Source: an uncultured delta proteobacterium
GTDB lineage: Bacteria > Desulfobacterota > Desulfobacteria > Desulfobacterales > Desulfatirhabdiaceae
DNA: 64,000 nucleotides
Direction: 5' to 3'
Assembly (NCBI GenBank): GCA_963789395.1
Contig: CAWBKP010000010.1
Coordinates: 1-64,000, forward strand
Shown: piece by piece, positions 10,485-19,437 of the stretch
How positions within the stretch are numbered: position 1 is the stretch's first letter
Layout: every line of letters starts with the position of its first letter
The notes under the pieces: model-generated
Told to the model about the DNA's origin: nothing
Database searches by the model: none
What the model saw: the letters and a program-made list of their open reading frames with translations, nothing else
Position numbers and translations under genes: made by a program

Positions 10485-10823
10485 CTATTCCAATTCCGAT
10501 TCAATTTCGTCAAATGTATCCTCGATGCCGTAAAGAAGTTTGTCAGCCTGGGCAAGCTTCCAGTCGGCGATATTCTCTTGAATCAGTTTATAGTGCTTCC
10601 GGAGCTTTTCAGCATGCCGGAGCAGTACCGCTCTTAGCGGCGTTCCATCATGGCGGTATAGAAGCTGATCCAACTGTCCCACCAACTCGTAGAGAGAGGG
10701 ATTACGGGTTGTCAGACTCGAATCCAGATATCCCAAATCACGCGCCAGTTTGGGGTAAATCCCTTCCAGATCTTTTTGATAATAAGGACGGACGGTAACC
10801 GTCAGTTGCATGTGTTTGCTCAT
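10485..10823 (-). CDS. Hypothetical protein (112 aa, helical)
   Basis: AAGGAG RBS and protein-like composition; no motif recognised. Confidence 0.65.
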   Translation of the reverse strand: MSKHMQLTVTVRPYYQKDLEGIYPKLARDLGYLDSSLTTRNPSLYELVGQLDQLLYRHDGTPLRAVLLRHAEKLRKHYKLIQENIADWKLAQADKLLYGIEDTFDEIESELE

Positions 10824-10984
10824 GATCGAATCTCCTTATGCGTTTTGAGCCACAATATCCCTGACCCTGTTTCTGCTGCTGATTGTGAAAATTCCGGGAC
10901 AGCGAAAGATCGGGAAAATGAATCGGGTCGGCAGAGTCAAATCTGCGAGAATTTTTACTTAGACAGACACTTTCAGAATCTACG

Positions 10985-12424
10985 TTACCCTTCCGGCTGC
11001 GCTACGGAACCTGAGTAAAATACCGTGCACTTTTCATTTTGGATGAATTTCCATGCATCCTCCAGAGGATTCAATACGGATCTGGCAATAGACTCAAAGA
11101 TTTTTTCCTTATCGATCTGCGGTTGACGGAAGGGCCCGTGCAATTTCTCGCTGTAAATAGCGCACCCTCGCTTGTCGAGGACCGCTATGGTTACGTCGAC
11201 AAACCGCTCGTTGATCAAGTTCAATTTCCCTTTCATGGCGATCCTATGTTTTTTTGACGTAAGGGCCGCATCGCTCGCCGCGGCAATGCCGTTTTTTACC
11301 TTCCAGACCGAGACGAGTTTTGTGATGACCCCTTTTCCGCCCTGCGACTCTTGCAGCAGGCTTGCAAAGTTATAGCTTTTGGTAAGTACTGGCCCGAAGG
11401 GGCCCACAAGTAAGAACGCCCCTACATCCACGAGGTTAAAGTTCCGGCTTCGTTCGTACTCGGTGATAAGAGAATCGATATCGATGCTGTAAAGCATCAG
11501 GTTTTCGCCGTTCAAAGAAAGATCGCCGTTAAGCGACCGCTTTATCTCATCGGCGCTCTTGCCCATTGCCGTCAGGTCCGCGGAAAAGTTAATCGATCCT
11601 TCTATGGTTTTCTCGGGGATTTTCTTGAGCGAGTATAGCTGAAGAAGTTCTTCGATCCTGACCCGATTAAGACGATAGATTACCCTGTAATGAGGCGACG
11701 GTTCCGTCACGTCCACATGAATGCTTCCGTTCCCGGTTCCACCGAAGATGTTCATACTGACCGCGTTGATATCGAATATTCCCTTTTCACCAGCTGCTCT
11801 CATCACGAGGTTATTCAGAGTGAAGTTATAGATCTTGAGCATCTTGCATCCGGCATCCCCGGTGAATGAGATGTTCTTGAATGGTTCGGAGCTGTCCGTT
11901 CCGCTGGAAACAACGTTTCTGATGCTCAAATCCAAGTCACCGACTTCGATTTTTTCGCCGGATGTCTCATCCGTATAGACAAGGCTCCCCTGAGAGATGG
12001 ATATCTTTTCCACCGCAGCGAGTTTTTCCCATGACATGGGTTCCGGTTTTTCAAGATTGAACATCCCATTCTTGAACCGAACTATGGAGAAAACCGGCTT
12101 GACAAGCCCCACCTGGGTTATCTTGATTTGAAACCTCGCGAGGGGGATGAGCTTCAGCCCGATCCTGATCTGCTCAATCGTAACAACATCCAGTCCCCTG
12201 TTCCGCAGGGTGACATCCGTCAACGATAGACCGAAGCCCGGGAAAAGAGCGATGCCCATCCCGCCTTTGATCCGGACATCCATTCTCAGAGCAGTAGATG
12301 CGGCCGCCTCGATCTGCGGTTTAAAAACTTTGATACTGAGCAAAAGAGCGAGGATACCCGCGAAGACAACAAGCGTGATGACACCCGTTGTTATGAACAG
12401 AACCTTTTTCGTATGCAGAGCCAT
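10985..12424 (-). CDS. AsmA family protein
   Basis: N-terminal TM anchor, then FKPQIEAAASTALRMDVRIKG, GMFNLE, SLNGDLSL, VKNGIA; beta-rich repeats. Confidence 0.8.
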   Translation of the reverse strand: MALHTKKVLFITTGVITLVVFAGILALLLSIKVFKPQIEAAASTALRMDVRIKGGMGIALFPGFGLSLTDVTLRNRGLDVVTIEQIRIGLKLIPLARFQIKITQVGLVKPVFSIVRFKNGMFNLEKPEPMSWEKLAAVEKISISQGSLVYTDETSGEKIEVGDLDLSIRNVVSSGTDSSEPFKNISFTGDAGCKMLKIYNFTLNNLVMRAAGEKGIFDINAVSMNIFGGTGNGSIHVDVTEPSPHYRVIYRLNRVRIEELLQLYSLKKIPEKTIEGSINFSADLTAMGKSADEIKRSLNGDLSLNGENLMLYSIDIDSLITEYERSRNFNLVDVGAFLLVGPFGPVLTKSYNFASLLQESQGGKGVITKLVSVWKVKNGIAAASDAALTSKKHRIAMKGKLNLINERFVDVTIAVLDKRGCAIYSEKLHGPFRQPQIDKEKIFESIARSVLNPLEDAWKFIQNEKCTVFYSGSVAQPEG

Positions 12425-12503
12425 GTTTCATCTTTTCAAACTCTTACAACAGAGGTATTGGATTCTCTTTTCAATTGATTTTGGATTCGCCCAAAAATCA
12501 TCT

Positions 12504-12683
12504 CTACTTACCGATCACTTTCTTGACCTGTCCGACTTTTTCCTGAATTTTTCCGTCCAGATTTTCGATTTTGCCTTCGGCTTCCAATTCGCGATTCCCG
12601 ACAACTTTCCCAACGGTCTCCTTGATCTTGCCTTCAGCCTGGTGCATTTTGCCTTCTACATTGTCTTTTGTGCTTGGTTTCAT
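12504..12683 (-). CDS. csbD: CsbD family general stress protein (59 aa, not in ORF track)
   Basis: MKPSTKDNVEGKMHQAEGKIKETVGKVVGNRELEAEGKIENLDGKIQEKVGQVKKVIGK; GGAGG RBS. Confidence 0.9.
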   Translation of the reverse strand: MKPSTKDNVEGKMHQAEGKIKETVGKVVGNRELEAEGKIENLDGKIQEKVGQVKKVIGK

Positions 12684-12716
12684 GGCCTTCCTCCAGTTTT
12701 TTGAGTTAAACGTTGG

Positions 12717-12866
12717 TTAGATTCTGCCCAATAAGAGCAGGATCAAAAGAATAACCACAATCAGCCCGACCACGCCTCCGGGTGCATACCCCCAGGATCG
12801 GCTATGCGGCCAGACAGGGATTACCCCCACAAGTACCAGTATCAGAATTATAAGTAAGATTGACAT
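12717..12866 (-). CDS. DUF3309 family small membrane protein (49 aa, not in ORF track)
   Basis: MSILLIILILVLVGVIPVWPHSRSWGYAPGGVVGLIVVILLILLLLGRI; AAGGAG RBS. Confidence 0.9.
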   Translation of the reverse strand: MSILLIILILVLVGVIPVWPHSRSWGYAPGGVVGLIVVILLILLLLGRI

Positions 12867-12968
12867 GATTTGTTCTCCTTTTTAAAATAATGTGCACTCC
12901 AAATTGACTGACTCCAGCAAGTTCTTTACCGAAACGAGCCGGCTGCCTCGGTCGGTCCAGGACACGGT

Positions 12969-13105
12969 TCACGGTACGGTCATGTTGTTAACCACCTTCT
13001 TTACGCCGTGAACGTCACTCACGAATTTGGTGGCCAAGTCCTTTTCAGCCGCGTTTTTGGCTTTGCCTGCCAACGTTACCACGCCTTCTTTCGTCTCGAC
13101 TGTGG
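12969..13105 (-). pseudogene. 5'-truncated BON (OsmY-like) domain fragment
   Basis: TVETKEGVVTLAGKAKNAAEKDLATKFVSDVHGVKKVVNNMTV is the second half of a BON domain; the upstream part of the ORF-track call runs into the MITE. Confidence 0.75.
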
Positions 13106-13146
13106 AAGAATCAAACAAGGCGCTGACAAACGATCTAAAATTGAAA

Positions 13147-13305
13147 AGGGGGTATCCATTTCGCTGGCCTATCCGTACCCGAACATCAGTTAACAATTTA
13201 TGCTGACAATTGCTCTATATGGAGGAGGGACTTCATATAAAGTATGTTGTGAACAATGATAATTTATATTCACACAATAATAGGCCAGCGAAATGGATAC
13301 CCCCT
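13147..13305. mobile_element. 159-bp MITE (non-autonomous element)
   Basis: Perfect 26-bp terminal inverted repeats AGGGGGTATCCATTTCGCTGGCCTAT (13147-13172 and 13280-13305), flanked by the 8-bp direct repeat AATTGAAA (13139-13146, 13306-13313); non-coding interior. Confidence 0.85.
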
Positions 13306-13375
13306 AATTGAAATTACTGGCAATGCCGTTCAAGACAATATTGATGGAATTAAACCGCGCGCTGCTTTTTATAAC

Positions 13376-13522
13376 TGCACTCTTTGTGCCAAGTTTCCAA
13401 TACGCGTCATCACATCACCCATCATTCTGATATTTATTAATAATTAGTTAACAATGCATTTGCAGGGTTGTCATTAACAACCATAATAAAAGGTCATATT
13501 TAACCTGTGGTCATATATGACT
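13376..13522 (-). promoter_or_regulatory. sigma54 promoter module copy 2
   Basis: Minus TGGCACAAAGAGTGCA (13376-13391); IHF-like TATCAGAATGATG (13420-13432); GGTCATATTTAACC-TGT-GGTCATATATGACT (13492-13522). Confidence 0.8.
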
Positions 13523-13674
13523 TATTTGCGGTTAGAATTCCTATTCTTGATTCAACCCCGCTTCGGGCTATGACGGTTTCAAGAAGCAAAGCTATCCTCT
13601 CTCAGCGGCCGAAACGAAAAAGGTGGGCGTCGTCTTCGCCTTTCTTGGTTTCCGGTGGTTCCGGTTTCATGCTA

Positions 13675-14745
13675 TCAACCGGATGCAAATTCAATGAGCG
13701 CGGCAAAAGCGGAGAAGCCGGCACCGAATGCCAGTAGCATCCCTTTTTGGCCGGGTTGTGGCCGGCCGCTGTCCAGAATCTCCCGCAAGACAAACAGAAC
13801 GGAAGGTGACGACATGTTGCCGTAATTCTCGAAAATGCTGTATGAGAAGCGCAGGGCCTCGTCGGCAAGTTCCAGTTTTTTGGCGACTTGGGCCAGCACC
13901 GCCGTGCCTCCCGGATGGACCGCCCACCAGGCAATGTCATTCCGGGAGAGGTCATGCCGGTCCAGAAGCCCGGATGCCACCTCCGTCACGGTGCGCGCCC
14001 CGATAACCGGCACCCGCCTGTTCAGGTAATTCCGCAGGCGGCCGCTTTCCGTCCGGTAACGCAGATCTTCGCGGTACCGGGGAAAAAGCGCCGCCGCAAA
14101 GTCCACCATTTTCACCAGTCCGTCCTGACGGTCTTTCCGAGACAGGTCAAGAACAGCGGCGGCGGCGCCGTCTCCGAAAATGGAATTGCTCACCACCAGT
14201 TCCGGCTCATGGCCGAAAAAAATGGTGGCTGAGCATATTTCCACGGCAAGGCTGAGAACCGGACCTTCCCCGCTTCGGACCAGCATGCCGGCGGCGGCTT
14301 CGAGATTCGGAATCACCGCACCGCACCCCATCCCCATCAAATCCAGGAAGCGAATCGACGTCTTGAGCCCCAGATCTTCCGCGATATACGAGGAGAGACC
14401 GGGGCAGAGGTAACCGGTACAGGTGTTGACAACCAAACCGGATATCTCGGCGGGTTCCACGCCGGCCTCCGCCAATGCGCGGCGTGCGGCGGCAACGGCT
14501 GTGCTACGGCCGAACTTGAGAAAACGCGCCAGCAGCCGGTCGGGATCGGTTTCAAGAACATCCTCTCTGGCATCCATCCCCAGATAACGGCCTTTGATTT
14601 TGCCTTCCAGGAGAATGCGGCGATACAGATCCCGTTCGGCCGGTTTCAGGGAGAAATGCGTGAAGAAGTATTCATACGCCTCCTCCTGCGTTGCATAAAA
14701 TGGCGGGGTGGCGGTACCCAACCCTCTTAGGATAATGGATTTCAC
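13675..14745 (-). CDS. Type III polyketide synthase (chalcone/stilbene synthase family)
   Basis: Cys-His-Asn triad in GMGCG, WAVHPGG, YGNMSS; also EICS, FGDGAAA, AFGAGF. GTG start at 14745 overlaps the upstream stop (GTGA) and has a GGAGA RBS. Confidence 0.92.
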   Translation of the reverse strand: MKSIILRGLGTATPPFYATQEEAYEYFFTHFSLKPAERDLYRRILLEGKIKGRYLGMDAREDVLETDPDRLLARFLKFGRSTAVAAARRALAEAGVEPAEISGLVVNTCTGYLCPGLSSYIAEDLGLKTSIRFLDLMGMGCGAVIPNLEAAAGMLVRSGEGPVLSLAVEICSATIFFGHEPELVVSNSIFGDGAAAAVLDLSRKDRQDGLVKMVDFAAALFPRYREDLRYRTESGRLRNYLNRRVPVIGARTVTEVASGLLDRHDLSRNDIAWWAVHPGGTAVLAQVAKKLELADEALRFSYSIFENYGNMSSPSVLFVLREILDSGRPQPGQKGMLLAFGAGFSAFAALIEFASG

Positions 14746-15464
14746 GCAATTTCTCCTGGTTTGAATCGGATGATGGCGGCGATCCGAAACCAACTGGCCG
14801 GCTCCACTGAAACCGTGACGCCGTCGAGTTGCCGCAACAAGGTTCTCAGCTCTTCAATCTTGAAGCCGCGCCGGATCGAGAGCAGGGCGTCATGCCGGAC
14901 CCCTGCCGGCGCAGCGGTGGCGACAAGCAGTAGTCTTGCTGACAGAAACGCCAGTTGCGAGCGGCGCAGATCGTTGATCAGCATGCTGTTGCGAACGAAA
15001 CCGCGAAGCCTGTGCAGCAGCATCAGGATCTGTGCATTGCTGAAATGGTGGAAGCACATGGAGGTCACGGCATAATCATACGGTTCGGCGGGTTGGTGGG
15101 TAAAGGCGTCCTCCTGAAGCAGTTTCACCGGCGGATTGCCCGCTCGGGCGAGTTGCCCGCGCGCAATGGCAATTGCATGGCCGGCCATTTCCAGGCAGGT
15201 GAAGTGCAGGGGGATGCCGCAGGCGCGCGCCCATCGGATTACCGCCAGCGGGATGTCGCAGCTTCCTGAGCCGATGTCGAGGATGCGTAGGGGGGCAAAG
15301 GCATGGCGCCCCGCAGTTTCAGCGGCCAGAAAACGCCGGACCAACCGGATGCCGCCGAAGCGATAATTGACCGTCTCCATGAACCGGTAGCTGGCGGCGG
15401 CCAGCGACGGATCACAGTCCGGCAGGTCCAGAAGCTCCATCTCCGCGGCGCGTGAGTCAAACAC
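14742..15464 (-). CDS. Class I SAM-dependent methyltransferase (type III PKS-associated type)
   Basis: [50 protein letters not shown] start overlaps the end of the U32 gene. Confidence 0.88.
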   Translation of the reverse strand: MFDSRAAEMELLDLPDCDPSLAAASYRFMETVNYRFGGIRLVRRFLAAETAGRHAFAPLRILDIGSGSCDIPLAVIRWARACGIPLHFTCLEMAGHAIAIARGQLARAGNPPVKLLQEDAFTHQPAEPYDYAVTSMCFHHFSNAQILMLLHRLRGFVRNSMLINDLRRSQLAFLSARLLLVATAAPAGVRHDALLSIRRGFKIEELRTLLRQLDGVTVSVEPASWFRIAAIIRFKPGEIA

Positions 15465-16698
15465 CCCAGAGCCCTCCCGTTGCCATGGCTTCGTCCATGT
15501 CCGCATACTTTCTAAGCACCTCGGTACGATACGCGGGCAAGATCGAAACGGCTTGGTCTGCAATCCGCTCGCAATAGCCGCAAGCCTGGCAGTCCATGGA
15601 GGCGCAGTCACGGCCCCGAAAACCGTCCAGGAAATTCTCCGGAATCTGCTGCGCATCCACCCGGATCGGACACTCCGGCAGCGGCGAGAGCCAGCCTTGC
15701 AGCCGCGCCAAGTCAAGCATCGGTTTCAATCTCAGCGGATTCACCTGCCGCGGCTTCCAGAAGTGGCGCAGAGTCCAGTGCGATTCCTTGTGAACCGGAT
15801 TATTAAAGCCATACGACAGCAGCAGTTCTGCCAGATTGCCGGCGAACCGCCGCTCGCTGTATGCTTTGACGCGCCGCAGCAGCTCCGCTGACGGAATCCC
15901 CCGTTCCAGAAGCTTGAAGGACGTGTATCCCATCGCTTCATACACAGCAAGGTCCTCCGGCCGAATCCAGGCCGACTTGATGAATTGCGACGGATCCGTC
16001 AGCCGCTGCCGGGAACAGCGCATAAAGCAGTAATCGATGAAGAGTGTGTTGGTGTCGTCAGATGCATGTGCAAAACCGTTTTGATGATAGGTTTGCATCG
16101 GACAATTCATGAGGCAGACGTGATTCGCGATCAGTTCCAGATCGCATCGGACGGCCTGACGGATAGCCGCAAGGCGGGAGAAATTCCGGTTGATCGAGAA
16201 GCTCTCCAGAACGATGGCATCCGCCCCGAGATCTTCCCAGAATCGGGCGCGCCGGGGCGTGTCCACCTGGGCGTAAATCCCGACCCTTACCTTGAACTCG
16301 GGGAAACGGCGTTTGACCAGTTCCAGAAGAAACGGGGTGGATACGGTGACCCGGCGGACTCCCAAGCCGCCCAGCCTGGTCAGCAGGGCCGTCATCCGTT
16401 TCTGCCAGGGGCGTGTCCATTCGCGATTGCCGAAACAGGCGCCGTTTAAAAGGTAATTGAAGGCAATGCCATGATGGTCGAGCAGGCGAATGTAACGCCG
16501 CAGATCCGCTTCCGTGAGCGGTGTCGCCAGGTAGCGGGGACGGCCACCGCTGATACCGTCTGCGGGGAACTTGCCGTAAACTTCATCGACCGGGTACGCA
16601 GCAAGCTTCGGAACCAGTTCCGGATCGTAGTTAGCCGCCAGTGAGAACCTGGTTGGCCGGGGTGCGGTCCGGACGGCGCTTGTCGGCTCATTTGGCAT
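15457..16698 (-). CDS. U32 'peptidase' family Fe-S protein
   Basis: [39 protein letters not shown]...YCFMRC, WIRPEDL..YE..G...FKLLER; C-terminal [12 protein letters not shown]. True start is probably the ATG at 16698. Confidence 0.85.
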   Translation of the reverse strand: MPNEPTSAVRTAPRPTRFSLAANYDPELVPKLAAYPVDEVYGKFPADGISGGRPRYLATPLTEADLRRYIRLLDHHGIAFNYLLNGACFGNREWTRPWQKRMTALLTRLGGLGVRRVTVSTPFLLELVKRRFPEFKVRVGIYAQVDTPRRARFWEDLGADAIVLESFSINRNFSRLAAIRQAVRCDLELIANHVCLMNCPMQTYHQNGFAHASDDTNTLFIDYCFMRCSRQRLTDPSQFIKSAWIRPEDLAVYEAMGYTSFKLLERGIPSAELLRRVKAYSERRFAGNLAELLLSYGFNNPVHKESHWTLRHFWKPRQVNPLRLKPMLDLARLQGWLSPLPECPIRVDAQQIPENFLDGFRGRDCASMDCQACGYCERIADQAVSILPAYRTEVLRKYADMDEAMATGGLWGV

Positions 16699-16833
16699 AT
16701 TGTTTATCCTTCGCGCCGGCAAAGATAGATCAGCTTTTAAGAAATGCCAGCAGATCTGCGTTAAGCTGATCTTTGCGTGTATGCAAGGCCGTGGGGTGCG
16801 CCGGCGTAGATCTTTAGGGTCGCATTTTTGACC

Positions 16834-16998
16834 GGTTTCGATGAGCTCCGAGAGGTCGTCGGCGTAAGTGCCCATATCGTTGTCGCTCCAGGGCTGGCTC
16901 GACCGCCCATGGCCGCGACGGTCATGGGCGATGCATCGATAGCCGCCGGAAGCCCAGAACATCGTCTGAGCCTCCCAGCTATCCGAACTGAGGGGCCA
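16834..16998 (-). pseudogene. Non-heme chloroperoxidase (alpha/beta hydrolase) internal fragment
   Basis: [11 protein letters not shown]...[31 protein letters not shown]; lacks both ends and is in frame with U32 by chance. Confidence 0.8.
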
Positions 16999-17048
16999 GT
17001 CCTTTCTTTGCATCAAGTCTTTCTGCTTTGAATTTGCCAACGTGACTG

Positions 17049-17423
17049 CTATGCCTTCCAGAGGCCGTGAAGATTACAATACTCTCTTGCAGTAACTTTT
17101 GCGGCATCCAGCATAAATGTGGCTTCAGGAACCTTGCCGGGATTCAAAAACTGCCGATAGGCTTTACCGTCTGCAACAATTTCAATCCATTCAATCAAAT
17201 GTTTTTCTTCCATGGGGTGGGCGACACTGCCCACTTTTACCTTGAAGCCGCCCGGAACTTTTTCAATTACCGGAACATGCTTTTCCTTTGCTGCATCAAC
17301 GGTGTTTTCAACCGTCTGTTTCATGGGCTGGCCGCAGCAGACAAGATCGCCCTCGCCGGAATGAAGGACCTCAACGATATTGCCACAGATGTCACATTTA
17401 TAAACTTGAAGTTTCTCTGTCAT
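17049..17423 (-). CDS. dfx: Desulfoferrodoxin (2Fe superoxide reductase)
   Basis: CDICGN...CCG desulforedoxin centre; EKHVP, HPM...H, CNLHGLW. Confidence 0.95.
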   Translation of the reverse strand: MTEKLQVYKCDICGNIVEVLHSGEGDLVCCGQPMKQTVENTVDAAKEKHVPVIEKVPGGFKVKVGSVAHPMEEKHLIEWIEIVADGKAYRQFLNPGKVPEATFMLDAAKVTAREYCNLHGLWKA

Positions 17424-17483
17424 ATAACCTCCCTTTAAATTTTCGGAATATAGGGTTTCGGGATATTTTTAGCTTCCTTCTTT

Positions 17484-17619
17484 CTACTTGCGCACAACCT
17501 TCTCGACCTTGCCCAGCTTCCAAGTCGTTATTCCCAGCTACTTTCCCGGCAGTTTCCTTGATCTTACCTTTCACTTGGTGCATCCTGCCTTCTGCGTTGT
17601 CTTTTGTGCTTGATTTCAT
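17484..17619 (-). pseudogene. csbD: Second CsbD copy with internal deletion and frameshift
   Basis: MKSSTKDNAEGRMHQVKGKIKETAGKVAGNNDLEA jumps out of frame to GKVEKVVRK*; about 14 codons missing relative to the 12504-12683 copy. Confidence 0.75.
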
Positions 17620-17649
17620 AGTCTTTCTCCTGTCTGATTTAAGAATTGA

Positions 17650-18636
17650 TTAGAATCTGCCCAATAAGAGCAGGATCAAAACGGCTTCAAGGAAGTCATA
17701 TAGGTCAGCCTTTGAAATGGGCTCTTCCTTTCTCCGCCATGTCTCGACTTCGACAAATATGCGTTGAACAAGCGGGTAGGCTCGTTTGATCGCACTGTCC
17801 AATCCTGCCACGGTCGCCTCAACCGCTGTCGCAAGGATCGGGTCCACAAAATCGACGCTGATGTTCACGAGAATAAAGTCTGGTCCCATGTGCATGGTCA
17901 ATACTTCATTGACCTGTTTGATTTCTTTGTACGAAGAGGCGATATCCCGTATTCCCTGGACGACCTCTTTATTGGCACTCTCTCCGATCAACAGACCTTT
18001 TGTTTCAGATGCCAGCAATATGGCGGTTCCCGCGAGTATCAGCCCGATAATAACGGCTGCGGCGGCGTCATAGGCGGGGATGCCGGTAACATGGCTGAGA
18101 AGGATTCCCGTAAATGCGACGACAAGACCGACGATCGCGGCAGAATCCTCCAACAGCACGATAAATATGGAGGGATCTTTTCCTCTATGAATGGCCTGAA
18201 TATATCCCCACGTGCCTTTTGATTTGGCGAATTCCGTCAGAGCGATATACCAGCTGATTCCTTCGAAAACCAGCGCCAGGCCGATAACGCCGTAGTTGAT
18301 GTAGGAGTGCTTTACCGGCACCGGCGAAACGAGTTGAGCTATCCCCTTGTACATGGACAGCCCCGCGCCGCCGGCAAAAAGTAAAATGGCGACGACAAAG
18401 CTCCAGAAGTAAATCTCCTTGCCATGACCGAAAGGAAATTCATTATCGGCGGGCAATTTTGCCCGCCGCAGTCCATACAGCAGCAGAATCTGGTTGCCTG
18501 TATCGGCGCCGGAGTGGACCGCTTCCGACATCATGGCCGAACTTCCGGTCATAAAGGCTGCGACTACCTTGGTCATCGCTATCAGGCAATTGCCGGCCAG
18601 CGCCGCATAGATAACCTTTCGGGAAGACGCCGCCAT
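17650..18636 (-). CDS. Cation diffusion facilitator (CDF) transporter
   Basis: SSAMMSEAVHSGADTGNQ, FPFGHGKEIYFWSF, VLLEDSAA, LASETKGLLIGESA, TMHMGP. Confidence 0.92.
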   Translation of the reverse strand: MAASSRKVIYAALAGNCLIAMTKVVAAFMTGSSAMMSEAVHSGADTGNQILLLYGLRRAKLPADNEFPFGHGKEIYFWSFVVAILLFAGGAGLSMYKGIAQLVSPVPVKHSYINYGVIGLALVFEGISWYIALTEFAKSKGTWGYIQAIHRGKDPSIFIVLLEDSAAIVGLVVAFTGILLSHVTGIPAYDAAAAVIIGLILAGTAILLASETKGLLIGESANKEVVQGIRDIASSYKEIKQVNEVLTMHMGPDFILVNISVDFVDPILATAVEATVAGLDSAIKRAYPLVQRIFVEVETWRRKEEPISKADLYDFLEAVLILLLLGRF

Positions 18637-18724
18637 GTGTCAGCTCTCTCCAATAAGAATCATCATGAGAAAAAAATCCCCTCCCGCTTCCCAAAGCGTC
18701 ATTTTCATAGATGCGGCAGGACCG

Positions 18725-18880
18725 CTATCCTTCGGTGTCAGCCTGAACGCCTGTATCTCTCTCCCCTCGCTTCAAATCCTCCCTGGCTTTTTTTGCCAAC
18801 TTCTCATAATTGATTCGGATTTTACCCAGTTCATTCTCGTCCAATTCTTCCAAATCCAACAGGGCATTATGCGCGCCATC
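18725..18880 (-). pseudogene. Low-affinity iron permease (Fet4-like) C-terminal fragment
   Basis: DGAHNALLDLEELDENELGKIRINYEKLAKKAR matches the GA.N.L.DLE.L...EL tail of this family; no 5' part. Confidence 0.65.
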
Positions 18881-18892
18881 TATTTCACTTTT

Positions 18893-19333
18893 TTACTTAA
18901 CGGCAAGGTTGTTTTCCACCGATTTTACATTCTTGACACTGTGGACGATTTCCATTGCCCGGTCGATACTCTGCTGAGAATCAACGACGCCACTCAGCAT
19001 CACCACGTTGTTTGTCGTGGTCACGTTGATCTGGGAGACTTTAAGCAACGGGTCACTCAAAATTTCCGCCTTGATCTTGGCTGTAATAGCGGAATCATCC
19101 ATGATTTCTCCGGCTTTTTCGGCTTTTGCGTTTATCGCTTTTCCGGCTTCTTCAATTTTCTTGCCGACTTTTTCGGTCGTTTGTTCAATATTTTTGCCGG
19201 CTTTTTCAGTTGCCTGGTCAATCTTTTTCCCTGCCTTTTCGCCTGTCCCCTCTTGTTGGCAACCGGCAAATCCGAAAACGAAAGCCATTATGATGACGAT
19301 AAAAAGAACCCTAAGTGTCAGATTCATTTTCAA
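18893..19333 (-). CDS. BON domain lipoprotein (OsmY-like)
   Basis: Lipobox FAGC, EKAGKKID repeats, DDSAITAKIKA...INVTTTNNVVMLSGVV...VKSVENNL. Confidence 0.9.
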   Translation of the reverse strand: MKMNLTLRVLFIVIIMAFVFGFAGCQQEGTGEKAGKKIDQATEKAGKNIEQTTEKVGKKIEEAGKAINAKAEKAGEIMDDSAITAKIKAEILSDPLLKVSQINVTTTNNVVMLSGVVDSQQSIDRAMEIVHSVKNVKSVENNLAVK

Positions 19334-19437
19334 TCTCTTTTCGATAAAAGTGTAAAATTAAGCAATGGAGGTGACTTAAAATGCTTTAAAAGATCTCAAA
19401 AGATATAGATTCCGCATTTCTAAAATTGTGAAATGGT

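Noticed and set aside
16699..17040. N-terminal extension making U32 a haloperoxidase fusion
   Set aside because: Only a 55-codon internal hydrolase fragment without the catalytic triad, joined by non-protein-like sequence; the U32 start fits 16698.
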